DNA of 64,000 nt, from assembly GCA_043228905.1 (NCBI GenBank), contig JBHGNT010000015.1, positions 4,774,001 to 4,838,000 on the forward strand, given 5' to 3'. Source of the DNA: Azolla caroliniana (taxonomy: Eukaryota > Plantae > Polypodiophyta). The notes beneath the pieces were generated by a model. That model was not told the DNA's origin. It was given only the letters and a program-made list of their open reading frames with translations, and ran no database searches. Position numbers and translations under genes: made by a program. Positions 63,069 through 64,000 of this stretch are shown here, in pieces (the stretch's first letter is position 1; the number at the start of each line of letters is the position of its first letter).

Positions 63069-63376
63069 AAATGCACATCCTAATGAACCGACAGAGTGTT
63101 ACACACTTCTAGCCAATGTCCGGAGGCTCTATTGCGGTGAATCTTCTTCGGGCTCCGAGCCTACAAATGGTACCAACGTTAGCGTGCACACGGACGTTGT
63201 GCTTGTCCACAATGACTCAGCCCATGTCCGGAGGCTCTATTGCACGGACATTCTGCTTGTTCCCAGTGACACATGGTGTCCAAGACCATGTCCAGAAGAA
63301 AAGCCATATTTCCTATCAAAGGTTCTTTCTTCCCCTCACTAAAGCAATGGTGATATGGTGATATGGTGATGAATCG

Positions 63377-63993
63377 ATGATCATGCAGAAACTCTCGAGC
63401 TCCCCATGGCTCATCCTGCTTCCCAACTTCATCGCCTCCATTCCCCTCATCCTCGGATTTCTGGTCTGGATCGCATCGCTCTCTTCTCTCTCTCGCGTTG
63501 CCGTTGGTTTCCTCCTCGGTTTCCTTTGCACCGCTCTCCTGCACAACCTCCATCTCCATCGCTCTCACCTCCGCAGAACGAAGGTAACCTCTCTCTCTCT
63601 CTCACTCACTCTAGTTCTTAACTTATGGTTTGTCTTTGCTTTCCTCTTTCACTAATCTCAATCTCCATCGTTCTTACCTTCTTAGAACTTAATTGGTTTG
63701 CCGTTTTCTTGCTTTCTTTCCTACCGTTTGAGGTTGTGCTCAATCTTCCTTTCTTTTTTGTCATCAGGCTCTTAGTAATGCACAGCTTTGCGAATTAGAT
63801 GTGAAGGCATTTTCCCCTGCATCTGCACCGAACTGGCTCTCTCAAAAATCTGTTGAACACGAGAAGGTGTGGTTGTTTTTCTGATAGAAAATAAAACACA
63901 CCTGATTTGGTTTCAAAGAAAAGTCATTACACTATATTCCAGGTGAAATGGTTTAATAGAGTACTCGAGGAGATATGGCCTTTTCTCAATGAG
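63377..63993 (+). CDS. SYT: Synaptotagmin-like (N-terminal TM, SMP/C2) gene, exons 1-3; continues beyond the window
   Basis: Exons 63377-63583 (hydrophobic anchor), 63768-63866 (ALSNAQ...APNWLSQKSVEHEK) and 63943-63993 (VKWFNRVLEEIWPFLNE) are all phase 0 with GT-AG borders. The last matches the SMP-domain start W-x-N-x4-I/M-W-P of plant SYTs. Confidence 0.8.
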
Positions 63994-64000
63994 GTGACTG

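Noticed and set aside
63111-63243. 24-bp direct repeat GCC(A/C)ATGTCCGGAGGCTCTATTGC upstream of the SYT-like gene
   Set aside because: Real but only two copies, with no element ends or recognisable function.

Overview
Land-plant nuclear DNA, probably a non-seed vascular plant such as a fern (inference). The first ~44 kb is a graveyard of nested LTR retrotransposons. It holds several decayed copies of one Ty1/copia family, one near-intact Tork/Tnt1-like copia (35080-40326) and an older Tat/Athila-like gypsy remnant. It also holds four insertions of an unusual Ty3/gypsy group: one two-LTR element that has lost its RT core and three solo LTRs. All four have TGTCGT...ACA ends and 4-bp target-site duplications centred on CpG. 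The full element has a tRNA-Trp primer site and a candidate -1 frameshift signal after the protease. Two of the solo LTRs carry a tRNA-like A/B-box module, and one has captured a copia-LTR U3 block. The last 20 kb is genic. It contains an H-type (TDIF-like) CLE peptide gene, a hAT-type MITE, and a complete 11-exon BIG2/3-type ARF-GEF gene with a GC-AG intron and the Leu associated with brefeldin-A resistance. It ends with the first three exons of a synaptotagmin-like gene. All boundaries and counts were read by eye.
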